Of a DNA stretch of 11,213 nucleotides, positions 9,303 to 11,213 are shown piece by piece (position 1 is the stretch's first letter; each line of letters opens with the position of its first letter). The stretch is from Octopus sinensis (lineage: Eukaryota), in the NCBI RefSeq assembly GCF_006345805.1, contig NW_021827061.1, forward strand, positions 1 through 11,213, given 5' to 3'. Made by a program: the position numbers and the translations under genes. The notes below the pieces were generated by a model that saw nothing but the letters and a program-made list of their open reading frames with translations, did no database searches and was not told the origin of the DNA.

Positions 9303-9612
9303 TGTTGCAAGATTCTTGATGTGAAATCGTGTGTTGAAACAGATGTTGTTGTATTTAGGAATGGTCATGTTGCCACTTTAGCCAATAATTCCATTGAATA
9401 GGAATACAAAATACAAAATGGCTGACCGTTAGTAAGGACAGACACACAAATAAGAAAGAAGAAAGCAAAGGACCACTGATGAGATCACAGAAGTATGACG
9501 AAAGAACTCTGGCCGAAATAAGATTAAGATTAATGTAAAATACATATAAAGCTGAAGCAAATTAACACCAAATATATAGTGCATGTGTTTTTATTGGCTA
9601 AACTGGCAACAT
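9301..9612 (+). mobile_element. Putative Penelope-like element pseudo-LTR remnant in inverted arrangement
   Basis: 22-bp inverted repeat 9367-9388 / 9591-9612 (21/22), an internal type I hammerhead motif (9470-9514), and flanking (TA)n tracts. No RT or GIY-YIG coding sequence is visible, so the PLE assignment is inference. Confidence 0.55.
9470..9514 (+). ncRNA. Minimal type I hammerhead ribozyme motif
   Basis: GGACCA-CUGAUGA-GAUCA(CAGAAGUA)UGAC-GAAA-GAAC-UC/UGGCC. Stem I GGACCA:UGGCC (one bulge), core CUGAUGA 9476-9482, imperfect stem II, GAAA 9500-9503, 2-bp stem III, predicted cleavage after C9509 (CUC). Confidence 0.65.
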
Positions 9613-9623
9613 ACCAGATATAT

Positions 9624-9656
<33 letters not shown>

Positions 9657-9659
<3 letters not shown>

Positions 9660-9885
9660 CCTATGAAAGAAAAAAGGGTGTTTCAGAATGCTGGATGGTT
9701 TGTAAAAATATATATTTTTTTACATATCACATATCATTTCTTTATATTAGCGCTTTCAACTACTCCTGTAGTTTCATCAGGATAGTTGAAAGCGCTAATA
9801 TAAAGAAATGATATGTGATATGTAAATAAATATATATTTTTACAACCATCCAGCATTCTGAACACCTTTTTTCTTTCATAGGTAT
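9657..9885. repeat. 229-bp near-perfect palindrome
   Basis: Arms 9657-9768 and 9778-9885 differ by one substitution, three 1-nt homopolymer indels and one bulge (9763); loop is the 9-nt TAGTTTCAT. Confidence 0.97.
9748..9780 (-). ncRNA. Hammerhead ribozyme catalytic core (minimal type I, stem I disrupted)
   Basis: Minus strand CUGAUGA-AACUAC(AGGA)GUAGUU-GAAA-GCGC-UA. Perfect 6-bp stem II, palindromic AGCGCU stem III, CUA cleavage triplet. Confidence 0.75.
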
Positions 9886-10168
9886 TAAATCTGTACATCA
9901 CTCCCAATACCTCAAACATATATATATACATACACACACACACATACACACACACACCACACACACACACACAGATATATGTTTATGTATAAATGCACAG
10001 ACATACCAATAGGTATCTTTTGCTGTGCTCCTCCTAACCATCGTGAACATTATATTGTCAACATTGTTATTATCAGATACATCTACCCATTCTACGAGGA
10101 GTAATGATTTCTATATTAGATACTCTTTAAACTTTGTTATGTATATTTGAAATATAATTATAATTGTA

Positions 10169-10248
10169 ATATTATATTATATCATATTATATTATATTAT
10201 ATTATATTATATTATATTATATTATATTATGTTATATTATATTATATT
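10169..10248. repeat. (ATTAT)n pentanucleotide microsatellite
   Basis: Directly visible. Confidence 0.95.
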
Positions 10249-10255
10249 GTGTAAA

Positions 10256-10465
10256 TGCAGCGAGCTGACAGAATCGTTAACACGCTGGGTAAAATGCTTA
10301 GCAGTATTTCATCATTATTCACGTTCTAAGTTCAAATTCCACCAGGGTCGACTTTGCCTTTCATCTTTTCAGGGTCGATAAATTAGGACCAGTTGAGCAC
10401 TGGTGTTGATGTAATAGAGCATTCCCCTTCTCCAATGTCCAGGCCTTGCGCCTATAATAGAAAGA
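10256..10465 (+). mobile_element. Full-length tRNA-derived SINE
   Basis: A-box-like TGACAGAATCG (10266-10276) and B-box GTTCAAATTCC (10330-10340); collinear with 2242-2430; ends in an (ATT)-rich tail. Confidence 0.9.
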
Positions 10466-10497
10466 ATTATATTATATCGTACTACACGATGTAGATT

Positions 10498-10674
10498 TGC
10501 ATGGCTTAGTGGTGTGGGTGTTGGACCCATGACGCGTAGTTTTGTTGAGCGGAAACACTTCGTTTCACGTGGCCTTAACCCATTCAGCTTGTAAATCTGA
10601 ATAATCCTGCGACGGCTGGTGTCCCTTCCAGTGGGGAGTGTATGTCCCACGGAAACTGAAAAACCAGTGCTATT

Positions 10675-10675
<1 letters not shown>
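10498..10675 (+). mobile_element. Second SINE family, internally deleted
   Basis: tRNA-like head GCATGGCTTAGTGGTGTGGGTGTTGGAC (A-box TGGCTTAGTGG) with no B-box. Followed by AAACACTTCGTTTCAC...CCATTCAGCTTGTAAAT...AATCCTGCGACGG..CCAG, typical of conserved central domains of invertebrate/fish SINEs (from memory). Confidence 0.65.
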
Positions 10676-10678
<3 letters not shown>

Positions 10679-10727
<49 letters not shown>

Positions 10728-10748
10728 CTATATATATATATATATATA
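10679..10748. repeat. (TA)n microsatellite
   Basis: Directly visible; abuts the 5'-truncated LINE. Confidence 0.95.
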
Positions 10749-11213
10749 ACCAGAGATAAGGAACCATGATGGTCCTCTGGCGGACATTCGTCCTCAGTCG
10801 CCTGGATTACTGCTCACAGCTATGGTCACCCACCAGTGTAAAATTAACAGCGGACCTTGAAGAATCCAGAGAAGATTCACAAAGAAGATCGTCTCTTTGC
10901 AACAGCTCAGCTACTGGGAAAGGTTGAAACAGCTAAGACTCTACTCCCTGGGAGAAGACGGGAGAGGTATGCAGTAATATATGTCTGGAAGATCCTGGAA
11001 GGATTGTGGCCAAATTTTGGCATTGTAAGCTACACCAATGCTAGAACGGGACGACACTGCCTAGTGCCAAGATCCCAGCAATGCCATCACGCTTCAGGAC
11101 AGCTTCTACACAACCTGGGTTTCAAGGGCCCACAGCTTTTTAATATTCTCCCAAAGAGTCTGAGAACTTGCACAAAGTAGATGTAGCGGTTTTTAAATCA
11201 AAGCTGGACATCT
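10749..11213 (+). mobile_element. 5'-truncated, frameshifted CR1/L2-group LINE ORF2 C-terminal region (continues beyond the window)
   Basis: Stitching frames gives MMVLWRTFVLSRLDYCSQLWSPTSVKLTADLE / IQRRFTKKIVSLQQLSYWERLKQLRLYSL / RRRERYAVIYVWKILEG...GFKGPQLFNILP. This is the post-RT signature of CR1/L2 ORF2 (LDYC..WSP, LE.IQRR.TK.I, Y.ERL..L.L.SL..RR.R). At least three frameshifts. Confidence 0.9.

Noticed and set aside
4441-9368. The many ORFs rich in YI/MYVC/HTYIHT
   Set aside because: They are translations of (TA)n, (TATG)n and (CA)n tracts, which lack stop codons in several frames; not proteins.
1-11213. CRISPR array, tRNA/rRNA gene or prokaryotic system
   Set aside because: No regularly spaced direct repeats with unique spacers; the tRNA-like boxes belong to SINE heads; composition is that of a repeat-rich animal genome.

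Overview
AT-rich, repeat-saturated eukaryotic non-coding DNA (intronic or intergenic). It is most likely from a coleoid cephalopod (Octopus-like), inferred from recalled similarity of the tRNA-derived SINE family plus very dense (TA)n/(CATA)n microsatellites; this needs a database check. No intact host gene is visible, and nearly all ORFs in the track are microsatellite or antisense-SINE artefacts. Recognisable mobile elements: a 173-bp mariner-derived MITE (311-483), a 372-bp non-autonomous Helitron with canonical termini (2881-3252, minus strand), about ten SINE copies or fragments, and a frameshifted CR1/L2-type LINE ORF2 3' part (10749 to window end). The most interesting part is 7616-9925: a ~1.4-kb foldback with an AT-only centre, a 229-bp near-perfect palindrome centred on a minimal hammerhead ribozyme core, and a second type I hammerhead inside another inverted structure. 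This pattern fits Penelope-like element (PLE) pseudo-LTR or retrozyme remnants. One 50-bp exon candidate (5493-5542) lies between inverted microsatellite blocks.
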